Shown in pieces: positions 48,861 to 58,070 of a stretch of DNA of 60,892 bases; position 1 is the first letter of the stretch; each line of letters begins with the position of its first letter. Position numbers and translations under genes: made by a program. The DNA comes from a virus (taxonomy: Duplodnaviria; Caudoviricetes), in IMG/VR virus record IMGVR_UViG_3300046777_001724, positions 1 through 60,892 of that record. One strand, written 5' to 3'. The notes under the pieces were generated by a model that worked only from the letters and a program-made list of their open reading frames with translations, ran no database searches and had not been told where the DNA came from.

Positions 48861-49322
48861 ATGGGAATGGATGTCTACGGAAGAAAACCAAAAACCAAAC
48901 AAGGTGAATACTTCCGTGCTAATGTTTGGTATTGGCACCCTTTATGGCAGTACTGTGAAGTTAAACATCCTACCATAGCTAATGAGAATAAAGTTCCTTA
49001 TGCTCATTCTAATGATGGTTCTGGATTAAATTCTATTGATGCAACAACTTTAGGAAGACTTATTCTTAAAGACATTGAAAATGGTCAGGCTCAAAAATAT
49101 ATTGATGAACGTAATGAATATCTAAATTCTATTCCTTTAGAAGATTGTATTTATTGTGAAACTACTGGCGTTCGTCAATGGGACGACGGAGAAAAGATTT
49201 GCAATGGTTGCAATGGTTCTGGTAAGACTGAATCATTTCAAAAACACTATCATCTTAACATTGATGTTTTAAAAGAGTTTGCTGACTTTTTAATTAATTC
49301 AGGTGGATTTAATATATGGTAG
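48861..49322 (+). CDS. Conserved phage protein with DnaJ-like CxxCxGxG repeats
   Basis: MGMDVYG..YFRANVWYWHPLW; CIYCETTG, CNGCNGSG. Confidence 0.8.
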   Translation: MGMDVYGRKPKTKQGEYFRANVWYWHPLWQYCEVKHPTIANENKVPYAHSNDGSGLNSIDATTLGRLILKDIENGQAQKYIDERNEYLNSIPLEDCIYCETTGVRQWDDGEKICNGCNGSGKTESFQKHYHLNIDVLKEFADFLINSGGFNIW

Positions 49323-49612
49323 AACGTAGATCTATTGAATATCCTCCAATTCAACGCAGACAAGAAATACTAAATCAGTATTACAGAAATCTTGAAGTGA
49401 TGGATTACATAGATGCACATGTTGCATACGAACATGCTATGCATAGATTATATGTAATATACAATCCCTGGTTAGCAAGAACTCCTGATGGTCGTCCACG
49501 TAGGACTAGAACCAGAGAAAGTTTTATGCCTAAAACTGATAAGTTTGGTATGCCTTTAGCTTTATCTAAAATGACGGATGAGGAGATTGAAAATTATGTT
49601 AATAACAATTAG
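49316..49612 (+). CDS. Hypothetical protein
   Basis: ORF track. Confidence 0.65.
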   Translation: MVERRSIEYPPIQRRQEILNQYYRNLEVMDYIDAHVAYEHAMHRLYVIYNPWLARTPDGRPRRTRTRESFMPKTDKFGMPLALSKMTDEEIENYVNNN

Positions 49613-49883
49613 GTCTCATTCTGGAGAAGTTTTAGAATATGATTCTATAGATACTGCTATTCAATCATTTATTACAGATGATGGATATAGACTTAGCTTT
49701 TTTATGAATGATGGTACTGAGTTACATATTCGCAAAGCAGAATATACTCAGGATCATCCAGCTACAAATGATAAAAATCATTTTATGCATAATTATATTT
49801 CTAGAGTGTTTGATGCTGAAGCCAGAGTGACATTAATTCTTCCTCAGCAGAAAGATGCAGAGATTATAAATCTCTTTGATTAA
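49596..49883 (+). CDS. Hypothetical protein
   Basis: GAGGAG SD. Confidence 0.65.
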   Translation: MLITIRSHSGEVLEYDSIDTAIQSFITDDGYRLSFFMNDGTELHIRKAEYTQDHPATNDKNHFMHNYISRVFDAEARVTLILPQQKDAEIINLFD

Positions 49884-49885
49884 GG

Positions 49886-50222
49886 TTTAACCAGTAGCGT
49901 GTACGAAAAACTATTTGGATTTCGGAACGGATATTAATAACTACACCAAGCACGTGGGCCTATATTCCTCGTAGTTACTACTGGTTAATTAATTTGGTAG
50001 TGTCACTTTTCTTAAGTCGTCTGCAAGTGACACTACCTTTAGTTTGATGGCGTGAGCTAACGAAGGGACGCGGGATGCTCCGCCATCAATTGATTTAATA
50101 GCAGCTAGCAGATTAGATAAACTTACTACGCCGATAAGGCAGAAATAAGCCAGTCGAATCGCTAACGGCAAAGCAATGATGCTAGTAGTCCCCATATTGA
50201 CTCCATTGCCTGCTATTAATTT
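49886..50222 (+). ncRNA. Cluster of four long-range stem structures, non-coding
   Basis: TTAACCAGTAG/CTACTGGTTAA; GGTAGTGTCACTT/AAGTGACACTACC; TTGATGGCG/CGCCATCAA; TTAATAGCAG/CTGCTATTAA. Confidence 0.5.
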
Positions 50223-50236
50223 TTTATAAGGAAAGA

Positions 50237-50503
50237 ATGTTAGTTAATATTAAACCCTCTTCTTCAACTCATCTTGTTTTAAAATATCTTAAGATGAAGA
50301 AAGATTGTTTAGTAACCTCTAAGGATATCTATAATTTTTCTCCTATCAAATTCCAAAGACCGTCTAAAGTCGATAGATCTTTATCTATTTTGGTTAGAAT
50401 GGGTTTTGCAATTCAGCTTCAAAACTGTTATACTATAACTCAATCAGGCGTACAAGCTTTGTATGAAATTGTTAAACAACAACCAATTAAGGAAAATCTG
50501 TAA
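50237..50503 (+). CDS. Winged-helix-like protein
   Basis: VDRSLSILVRMGF...YTITQSG. Confidence 0.6.
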   Translation: MLVNIKPSSSTHLVLKYLKMKKDCLVTSKDIYNFSPIKFQRPSKVDRSLSILVRMGFAIQLQNCYTITQSGVQALYEIVKQQPIKENL

Positions 50504-50550
50504 TGATTCTAGACTTTCGAATATGTAGGGATACATCTCCGCTAACTCAA

Positions 50551-50627
50551 GCGGGCGTATCCCCTCACTCTTATAAAGTGTAGAAAGGGTAGCTGGTGGC
50601 ACGCGGGTTCAAATCCCGTCGCCCGCA
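50551..50627 (+). ncRNA. Non-canonical tRNA-like RNA with a TAT anticodon-like loop placed before the D-loop-like segment
   Basis: Acceptor GCGGGCG/CGCCCGC plus A; T-arm GCGGG-TTCAAAT-CCCGT; inner CCCT-CACT-CTTATAA-AGTG-TAGAA-AGGG then TAGCTGGTGGCAC. Confidence 0.65.
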
Positions 50628-50631
50628 CAAT

Positions 50632-50916
50632 ATGAACATTGAACAAATCTTCCAAGAAGAATTACAATCCTATAATAATATTCAATCTAATTTAGATTCA
50701 TTAGTATTAGAATTTAAAGATACTTATGCTAAGTATGAAGATATAAAGAATACCTTTAGGTCTACTGTTTCTTCTCGTACTTTTTCTCATAAAGATTTAA
50801 CTACTCTTTTAGAAAAGCATATTGCTGTTGTTACTCAGATTAATGACATTAATAGATCTATTGCTGATGTTTTTAAGTTAATTCAAAATCGCATAGATAC
50901 AGAAGGTTCCAATTGA
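50632..50916 (+). CDS. Coiled-coil hypothetical protein
   Basis: ATG 4 nt after the tRNA-like element. Confidence 0.7.
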   Translation: MNIEQIFQEELQSYNNIQSNLDSLVLEFKDTYAKYEDIKNTFRSTVSSRTFSHKDLTTLLEKHIAVVTQINDINRSIADVFKLIQNRIDTEGSN

Positions 50917-51260
50917 GACTTACTCCAAAGACAGAAGATTGGCGTGCAGACGCAGCTTGTTTCCAAGAAGATCCTAATATATTCTTTCCACTAAAAACTA
51001 CTTATCAATCTGTTCAGGCAGCTTTTGCATTTTGTAAAACTTGTCCTGTTAAAATAGATTGTCTTCATTTGTCTGTAGTTTATGGTTATGAAGGTATATG
51101 GGGTCACTCTACTTTTGGTCAGAGACTTCATGTTTTAAAAGAACATTTTAATAACGATAATACTAACTTTACAATACAGGACGCTAAAAGAATGTATGCT
51201 GAAATAAATAATGTTTCAGTTAAGATTCGTCCAAATAGACGCAGAAAAAAAGAGTCTTAA
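50913..51260 (+). CDS. whiB: WhiB-family transcription factor
   Basis: WRADAAC..DPNIFFP..CKTCPVKIDCL..GIWG. Confidence 0.88.
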   Translation: MRLTPKTEDWRADAACFQEDPNIFFPLKTTYQSVQAAFAFCKTCPVKIDCLHLSVVYGYEGIWGHSTFGQRLHVLKEHFNNDNTNFTIQDAKRMYAEINNVSVKIRPNRRRKKES

Positions 51261-51278
51261 TTACAAATAGGATATAAT

Positions 51279-52049
51279 ATGACAACTCAGCCATACAGAA
51301 ATGATGATGATGATCTCTTTGATTATGATCCATCTAAAGAACAAACTTCAAACTATAGTCAAGACTATTTAACTTCTTCTACACAAAATAATAACTCTAA
51401 AGATAATTCTCTTCTTGATGATATCTATCGTCAGATGGATAATCTAGTTCATTCTGATGGAGAGGAAGCTGTCAATGAATTCCGGATTCGTCTTTCTGAT
51501 TCATTAAATGAAGCTTACTCTCAGTACTTATCTAAGTCTTCTGTAGTCTCTCATGTTCAGGCTGTTACAATTACTTTAGATGAAGTCACTAATGGTAGAT
51601 TTTCTGAACTTTATCTTCTCAAAAATCTTGAACAAAATATTTTTCGTAGAATAAATATACACTTTTTATTGAACGCTATCATTGATGATGGTGGCGAAAA
51701 CAATATTAGTTTTAAAGATTTCTTGGCTAAAGTAAATATATCTATTTCTGATGATTTTATTCCTGTTTACTTTTTGACTTTACTAAATATTTCTAGTCAT
51801 ACATTAGATCTTGAAAGAGCTATGTATATGGATCTTTCTCAGAGACTAGGTATTACTCCTAATCCTTTAGCTATTCATTCTGATCCAACACCAAAAGAAA
51901 TTTCTAATGCAGTACCACTTACTGCTAGTCAGTTTAGAGATTCTATTTATAATTCTGTTTATGAAAAGATTTCTTCTACTCAGGAATACACTGATTCTAT
52001 AAAGAATATTTTTGTTGCAGACAGCGTTATAAAAATATCTAAGATATGA
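51279..52049 (+). CDS. Hypothetical protein
   Basis: ORF track. Confidence 0.75.
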   Translation: MTTQPYRNDDDDLFDYDPSKEQTSNYSQDYLTSSTQNNNSKDNSLLDDIYRQMDNLVHSDGEEAVNEFRIRLSDSLNEAYSQYLSKSSVVSHVQAVTITLDEVTNGRFSELYLLKNLEQNIFRRINIHFLLNAIIDDGGENNISFKDFLAKVNISISDDFIPVYFLTLLNISSHTLDLERAMYMDLSQRLGITPNPLAIHSDPTPKEISNAVPLTASQFRDSIYNSVYEKISSTQEYTDSIKNIFVADSVIKISKI

Positions 52050-52498
52050 AAAATAAACTTACAGAGTTTATAATTCTGTCTGGTACAGTTCTTGCATTAG
52101 CAGCTATAAACTATAGTATTATTCATACTCCTTTTATATTTATAGTTCTTTTGATTATGTTAGTACATGAGTTCGGTCACTATTTTGCTGCTAAGTTTCA
52201 AAATGGAGATCCTCAACTTCCATATTTCATACCTATTCCTTTTGTACCTATAGGTATTACAAGAGTTAGAAGAATGAAGTTTCTTTCTTTTAAATCAAAA
52301 AAAAATATAGTTCTATTTGGTCCCATTCTTGCATCTTTTACTTCTTTTATTCTTTATCTTTTTTCTTTATCTTTTTATCCACATTACTCTCTCTCTCTTT
52401 TACTTTTAACAATTGGCGAACTTCTTTTTAACTTTATTGGTTTTGACGGTAAAAAGTATAGACATTATTCTAAGCAGGAAAAAGTATCATGCATTTAA
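52046..52498 (+). CDS. M50 (site-2) family intramembrane metalloprotease
   Basis: HEFGH within a TM helix, FGP, N..GFDG. Confidence 0.75.
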   Translation: MKNKLTEFIILSGTVLALAAINYSIIHTPFIFIVLLIMLVHEFGHYFAAKFQNGDPQLPYFIPIPFVPIGITRVRRMKFLSFKSKKNIVLFGPILASFTSFILYLFSLSFYPHYSLSLLLLTIGELLFNFIGFDGKKYRHYSKQEKVSCI

Positions 52499-52689
52499 TC
52501 ATAGCTCCGTTTCTATGTACAGGTTTGTTTCTAAAGTTATATAATAATTCAAAAAAGAACCTTTTAAATCAAAAGGCTTCTAATCAAAAACCCATACATT
52601 ATAATTCATTTTTTCATAATTTTAACACGGGAAAAGAAACTCAATGCACAACAAAGAACAAGAACAAAGAGAGCTTATGCATCGATTAA
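52489..52689 (+). CDS. Hypothetical protein
   Basis: ORF track; overlaps the next gene by 46 nt. Confidence 0.4.
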   Translation: MHLIIAPFLCTGLFLKLYNNSKKNLLNQKASNQKPIHYNSFFHNFNTGKETQCTTKNKNKESLCID

Positions 52690-52871
52690 ACAATTATTTA
52701 GATGATTGTTGTTTAGATGTACAAGGGTTCTCTAATCCTGGCATGTCTTCTATTGCAGAAACACAGTTAGCTCGGATCTTAACCAAAATTGCGATAGGGT
52801 CTGCGACAGTCTGGTGGTCACTGCTTGAGCTCAAAGACTTCGTCAATATACGAAAGACTTTAAAGGAATAA
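52644..52871 (+). CDS. Hypothetical protein
   Basis: ORF track. Confidence 0.6.
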   Translation: MHNKEQEQRELMHRLNNYLDDCCLDVQGFSNPGMSSIAETQLARILTKIAIGSATVWWSLLELKDFVNIRKTLKE

Positions 52872-52873
52872 AT

Positions 52874-53245
52874 ATGACCGACTCTGACGGAATTAAATCT
52901 TTTAGATTTTCTTTTGATATGGCTTCTAAAAGCAAGTCAAACATTCAGAACGAAGTTCAAAATTTAAAAGATAGAATTGATAAGATTATCGATCACTTTA
53001 CAGTGAATGATATGCCCATTCTTAGACTCATACTAAATGTTACTGAAGAACATGATGACTTGAAAAAATTATCTAAAGCCCTAGATCGCTTGGCTGATTT
53101 GACTGGTCACTACAATAGTTTAGTAAGAAAACTAAATGTTATAGAACAAGCTGAATCAGATCCAAATTGGTTTGCTTTGGCTTTTGGCGATTTTCAACAG
53201 GATGTTGAAGACGGCATAAATAAATTTTTTACAACAGACAATTAA
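52874..53245 (+). CDS. Coiled-coil hypothetical protein
   Basis: AAGGA SD. Confidence 0.75.
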   Translation: MTDSDGIKSFRFSFDMASKSKSNIQNEVQNLKDRIDKIIDHFTVNDMPILRLILNVTEEHDDLKKLSKALDRLADLTGHYNSLVRKLNVIEQAESDPNWFALAFGDFQQDVEDGINKFFTTDN

Positions 53246-53262
53246 TATAATATAGAGGAAAT

Positions 53263-55227
53263 ATGTCTACCGATAAAGTAACTTATACTTTTGTTAAAGA
53301 GGAAGGCAATATTTTATTTCGGTCTAAAGTAAATTCATTTAACTTAGACCACGTAACAGATAAGAATATTGTATCTTTCTATCAGAACTTTTCAAACTAT
53401 GCTGCCATGGACACTGGTTTACTACCTGTCGATGGTACTGGTTTGTTGGCCATAAGATCAGCTGGCAATCACACTCAAGTAGCATATCAGTATAAGCCTG
53501 GTATGTACTACGTTAACTGGGGTGCTTCAGAAGGTGATCCTAACGCAGTAAGTTACTTGGTCGCTCAGCCATATAGAATTGTTATTATTGATTTTGTTGA
53601 TAATAATTTACTTGGTGCTAGAACATTTTATTCTCCTATTCCAGCTACTCATCCAGGTATTCAGCTTTACCATGTAAACCTCCCTAACATTAACTGTAGA
53701 GGTTATCGTGGAAATGGTGTTGGTTGGATTTGTTTGTATCATAATCAAGATTGGTCTAAGATGCCGTTTAATGAACGGTTGGCTAGAGCTCTTGAACGTT
53801 GTTCTGGCATTGAAGTTTACAACGATGCAAACATGTCTGAAACAGATGGACCTCGTTTCTATGCTTCTAAGTCTAAGCCTTCTTATATTACTAATCCTCG
53901 TGAGTGGGAAGATAAATCTCAAGCCGAAGGATTTGAGTGGACCATTGATGAAAATCTTTGGATACCAATTATGGTCAAGAGTAGAGACGAACAAGGTCAG
54001 CACTACGATGGAGAAGGTTCAGTTCCACTGACACTTGGCGATGCTATTGTAGGTAAGTACAACGCATACTATAATGATTCATATCATCCAAAGCCTATTA
54101 ATGCACTGACTAATCCTGATCTTGAACTTGATCCTAAGACAGTTACTTCTTGGTTTGTTAAGTCTTATAATGATTCTTCTACATCATTTGTTGGTATTGA
54201 TCCATTTTTACAGTCTCAACAGACTAGACAAAATATAGCTAATACTCAGCTTACTCCTCAGAGTTTAAAAACTTCTTCTGATGTTCCTGATAGTGAAAAC
54301 ACTGTACAATGTACTTCTTGTGAAGATCTTTATGATGAAGATGATGTAGTGGAACATTCAGATGAATACTGGTGTACTGATTGTTTCAATGAAACATTTG
54401 TTCATTGTGAAAATACTGATGAGTACTTACATCAAAGTGATGATAACCTTTATTATAATGAGCACGATTCAGAATATTATGACCTCGGTGGCTTTAAGAA
54501 CTACAGCACCTGTTCAAACTGTAGTGCTTTACATTACGTAAGTCATACTGACTTTATTCTCTATCATTCAAAAACATCTCATTGGGATCCTAATATTTGG
54601 ATGGTTCAAGCTGAAGATGGTACTAAGATTGAACTCTGTTCAGAATGTATAGCTGATGAAGATATAGCAGGTGTTTCTACTATGAATTGTGAAACTTGTT
54701 CTTGTACCATTCCTCAGTCTTCTATTAATCATTCTTTCTCTATACCTACTTTGGCTGACGAATACAATATTATTGGTTCTAATAATATTTGTTCTACCTG
54801 TTCCTCTAAACAGTATTCTAAGAAGATGTCCATTACTGGTACAGCTTTTTATGAGTACGATATAGTTAAAGTTTTAAATCCTAAATCTTATATCGTAGAT
54901 GAATCTAATTTTTCTGCAGCTTATATTGCTATAACAGATTATATGAAATCTAACGATATGGATATACATGATCAGTATTATGTTCAAATTACTGATGCTC
55001 CATCAGTAGCATGTGATCTTGTACCCGCTTGGGAAATACAAGATCAGTATAATAATGATGATTCTTTTAATCCTCCTATTACACCAAATGGCGATGGCTA
55101 TTATAGATTAATCAAAACATCGGTGTCTTCTGCACTTGACGATAACCTTCAACATAATGGAGTGTTATTCGGTAAGCTTATAGAAAATCACGCTGTCACA
55201 CTTACACCATACAATGAACCATTCTAA
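53263..55227 (+). CDS. Prokaryotic E2-like (family D/PRTRC-B-like) protein with Cys-rich zinc-finger repeats
   Basis: QPY..LYHVNLPNINC..G..ICL resembles the LY..P.PN...G.IC E2-D signature; many CxxC pairs in the C-terminal half; operon context. Confidence 0.7.
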   Translation: MSTDKVTYTFVKEEGNILFRSKVNSFNLDHVTDKNIVSFYQNFSNYAAMDTGLLPVDGTGLLAIRSAGNHTQVAYQYKPGMYYVNWGASEGDPNAVSYLVAQPYRIVIIDFVDNNLLGARTFYSPIPATHPGIQLYHVNLPNINCRGYRGNGVGWICLYHNQDWSKMPFNERLARALERCSGIEVYNDANMSETDGPRFYASKSKPSYITNPREWEDKSQAEGFEWTIDENLWIPIMVKSRDEQGQHYDGEGSVPLTLGDAIVGKYNAYYNDSYHPKPINALTNPDLELDPKTVTSWFVKSYNDSSTSFVGIDPFLQSQQTRQNIANTQLTPQSLKTSSDVPDSENTVQCTSCEDLYDEDDVVEHSDEYWCTDCFNETFVHCENTDEYLHQSDDNLYYNEHDSEYYDLGGFKNYSTCSNCSALHYVSHTDFILYHSKTSHWDPNIWMVQAEDGTKIELCSECIADEDIAGVSTMNCETCSCTIPQSSINHSFSIPTLADEYNIIGSNNICSTCSSKQYSKKMSITGTAFYEYDIVKVLNPKSYIVDESNFSAAYIAITDYMKSNDMDIHDQYYVQITDAPSVACDLVPAWEIQDQYNNDDSFNPPITPNGDGYYRLIKTSVSSALDDNLQHNGVLFGKLIENHAVTLTPYNEPF

Positions 55228-55235
55228 GGAAACAT

Positions 55236-56936
55236 ATGTCACAAGATAATATAACATTGGACGACTTGAATTATTTTTGGATGCCTAACGGTGCTCCATG
55301 CTTTATTGCAGATAATGATTCTATATTTGAAATAGTTGAATCTATTGGTTTTGGTATTTATTATTTGTTTAGCAATGAACAAAAAATAACAACAAGCACT
55401 GCAACCAGCTACAAGCCTACTACTCCTGGGGCTGTAACATCCACACCTACCACTACTACAACTCAAACTATTAAGAATACTCCTAAATTGTTTAAAGTTG
55501 TTTCTAACTTTGTTGGTAGAAGTGTTACCATTTCTGAAGATCCGCTTCCTGATAATTTTGTTCCACTTGAAGAAAGCTGCGAATACGCACTTCCTTTTAT
55601 TCCATATTCTATGGTTGAAAAGCTTGATCAATTCTTTAGACTTGTTCACGCTAAGCATGGCACCGAGTCAATCGTATTACTTACTTTTGATCAGACCAAA
55701 GAAGGCTCTGATGGTTGGGGCATCTTAGTCCCAAGTCAAGTGAATACAGCTGCACATTGTCACTATGATGCCGAAAGCATTTTGGACATTAAACCAGAAG
55801 ATGCTATTATTGTTGGTTCTGTTCACAGCCATCCTGATATGCCAGCTTATGCTTCTGGTACTGACCATGCGGACCAGGCTGATTTTGATGGTATCCATAT
55901 TACTTTTGGATGGCAGAAATCAGTAAACAATGGAGCAACCCAGTATCATATGGAGCTTCAGATGTCTGGAAAGAATTATAAACTCGATCCAGAAGATGTT
56001 TTTGAAAGTTTTACTATTGACAAGGACCCTGATCCAGAAGTTGTACAATGGAGTGAACAAGTAAAAAAAGCATTCCCCCCAGTACAGGGGGGACATACGG
56101 CACATACTCCAGCTACCGATCAAACAGCGTATCAGATGACAAATGGTACGGCGGATACAACGCTTGGCTTTAGAAATTCTTTCTACAAAGAAAACATTAC
56201 TCTACTTCATGTAGAACCAGACGCTGTTGTCATAGCTGAAGTATATCAGCAAAGTGACGGCACTGCCGTATGTCCTTCTTGTAATTTCGATCTTGATTCT
56301 GCAGACTTCTATAGTGGATATTGTCAGATCTGTGATATACCTATTGCACTTGAATCTACGTCAATTAACATGATAGGTTCTGCTGTTCAGAAATATCGCA
56401 AAGTTCGCAATCTTCCAACAGACACAAATGTTTATCTTTGGGCTAGAGATAATCAGGGTGAAGAGTTCTTGATAAATATTAATATGGACAAAGCTTTATC
56501 TGGAACTTTTTATGAAGACGATGATTTTGATAAAGGTAAAATACCAGTAAATCACACTGGTTATGATGATACTTATCCTTTAGAAGATAATTATGATTTT
56601 GATCCTAATAGACTTGTATGCTGTGGTGAACTAGCTCAAGAATATGTTGATCGTTGTATGTGCCCTACAACAATATTCTACACAGACTTTAAAGCCTTTG
56701 ATGAAGAAACAACTAGAGTCAGTCTTTACGAAGCTGGATCTAAATGCCAAGAGTGCCTGCACTATTGGACACCTCAGTGTCCTGGATTAAAATCTATGAT
56801 AGGCGAGTATATTGATTCTGGCTATGATTCTAAGATTATTGAAACTATGGTTCAAATGTCCAGCTGTGATGAATACGTTCCGTATGAATCCATAAGTTCG
56901 GATTATTTGTATGAGAACGAAAGATATTATAACTAA
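55236..56936 (+). CDS. JAB/MPN metallo-isopeptidase with Cys-rich C-terminal extension
   Basis: TE..., VGSVHSHPDMPAYASGTD (HxH-x7-S-x2-D). Confidence 0.88.
   Translation: MSQDNITLDDLNYFWMPNGAPCFIADNDSIFEIVESIGFGIYYLFSNEQKITTSTATSYKPTTPGAVTSTPTTTTTQTIKNTPKLFKVVSNFVGRSVTISEDPLPDNFVPLEESCEYALPFIPYSMVEKLDQFFRLVHAKHGTESIVLLTFDQTKEGSDGWGILVPSQVNTAAHCHYDAESILDIKPEDAIIVGSVHSHPDMPAYASGTDHADQADFDGIHITFGWQKSVNNGATQYHMELQMSGKNYKLDPEDVFESFTIDKDPDPEVVQWSEQVKKAFPPVQGGHTAHTPATDQTAYQMTNGTADTTLGFRNSFYKENITLLHVEPDAVVIAEVYQQSDGTAVCPSCNFDLDSADFYSGYCQICDIPIALESTSINMIGSAVQKYRKVRNLPTDTNVYLWARDNQGEEFLININMDKALSGTFYEDDDFDKGKIPVNHTGYDDTYPLEDNYDFDPNRLVCCGELAQEYVDRCMCPTTIFYTDFKAFDEETTRVSLYEAGSKCQECLHYWTPQCPGLKSMIGEYIDSGYDSKIIETMVQMSSCDEYVPYESISSDYLYENERYYN
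56063..56093 (+). other. Candidate -1 programmed ribosomal frameshift signal
   Basis: In-frame A|AAA|AAA, then a 4 nt spacer and hairpin TCCCCCC-AGTACA-GGGGGGA. Confidence 0.55.
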
Positions 56937-57700
56937 TGACTACAGAGACTAAAAGATTTGTACTGGTTGGCGCTGGCGGAATTGGAAACTGGCTTGCAGC
57001 TGGTTTAGTTAGACTTCTTGAATGGAAGTTTCCTGGTTCTGGTTTAATTATTGTCGATGGCGATAATTATGAAGAAAAGAATCGGGAACGTCAAGAGTTT
57101 ACTAAGATTGGAAATAAAGCAGTAGTCAAGGCTCATGAACTGATTCCTCAGTTCCCCAACACTGTTATTATTCCACTCGCTAAGTGGGTTGTATCTGACG
57201 ATTTTTCTGGAGTTTCTTCTGATGAAGATGCTCCAAAAATTCCAGCATCTCAACTTATTAATGAAAACGATGTTGTCTTTGCAGTAGTTGATAACTTTGC
57301 TGCTCGTAAAATTATCTTTGATGCTGCATCTAAACTTAACAACGTTGATGTTTTTACCGGTGGTAATGATGATGAACTCTTCGGATCAATCTATCATTAT
57401 CAGCGTCGTGAAGGAAAGGATGTTACTGAACATCCAGTTCACTTCCACCCAGAGTATGATAATCCACCAGACAAAAATCCCGGTGAACTATCATGTCAAG
57501 AACGTTCTGAAATAGAAGGTGGCACTCAGCTACTAGCTACCAATATGGCTGTTGCAGCTTTTATTTTGGGACGTGTTCAGAAAACAATAGTGCTAGGTCA
57601 AAATCCCGACGAGACGGAGATATACTTTGACTTAGGTCTTGGCAAATCTGAACCGTATAACAGAACAGTATCTGAAAACAATCACTACACTACAGTATAA
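56936..57700 (+). CDS. E1/ThiF-family ubiquitin-like activating enzyme
   Basis: VGAGGIG, VDGD.YEEKNRERQ, NKA, VDNFAAR, LSC (candidate catalytic Cys), Q...TN. Confidence 0.9.
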   Translation: MTTETKRFVLVGAGGIGNWLAAGLVRLLEWKFPGSGLIIVDGDNYEEKNRERQEFTKIGNKAVVKAHELIPQFPNTVIIPLAKWVVSDDFSGVSSDEDAPKIPASQLINENDVVFAVVDNFAARKIIFDAASKLNNVDVFTGGNDDELFGSIYHYQRREGKDVTEHPVHFHPEYDNPPDKNPGELSCQERSEIEGGTQLLATNMAVAAFILGRVQKTIVLGQNPDETEIYFDLGLGKSEPYNRTVSENNHYTTV

Positions 57701-57708
57701 GGATAATC

Positions 57709-57960
57709 ATGGAAACTAATATGAATTCATCTTCATCTGCTCAATCGAGCGGTATGGCTAATGTTCGCTTTGGTGTTTATAACCAGCCAAGCAACATCGG
57801 AGGAAAGAGCATCAAAGACGCTCGTGAGCAGTTCAGCAAACTGTGGGGAATTCCTACAGACGCAGTTGCTTACAAGGGTAAAGAAAAGCTCGACGAGAAT
57901 TATGTTATTCAGCCAGGCGACAACGTGGAGTTCCACCGTCGTGCCGGCGAAAAGGGCTGA
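57709..57960 (+). CDS. Ubiquitin-like beta-grasp protein ending in RAGEKG
   Basis: 83 aa; DENYVIQPGDNVEF..GEKG; strong codon bias; AAGGA SD. Confidence 0.82.
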   Translation: METNMNSSSSAQSSGMANVRFGVYNQPSNIGGKSIKDAREQFSKLWGIPTDAVAYKGKEKLDENYVIQPGDNVEFHRRAGEKG

Positions 57961-57980
57961 GCACCTGAATGACTAAGGTC

Positions 57981-58019
57981 GTGGGGGAGCATTACTCTAT
58001 ATAGGGTGTGCTCCCCCAC
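57981..58019 (+). other. Strong hairpin after the Ubl gene (mRNA stabiliser or attenuator)
   Basis: GTGGGGGAGCA...TGCTCCCCCAC; no U-tract follows. Confidence 0.6.
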
Positions 58020-58070
58020 ACTAACAAAAAAAAATTTACAAAGGCACCAGCCTATATACGGAGTATTATA

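Noticed and set aside
49886-50222. tmRNA or RNase P RNA
   Set aside because: No tmRNA acceptor/T-arm ends and no RNase P P4 consensus found.
56936-57960. ThiF/ThiS or MoeB/MoaD cofactor biosynthesis pair
   Set aside because: No thi/moa genes; E2-like and JAB genes are adjacent; the E1 lacks the CxxC zinc pairs and the Ubl ends in KG rather than GG.
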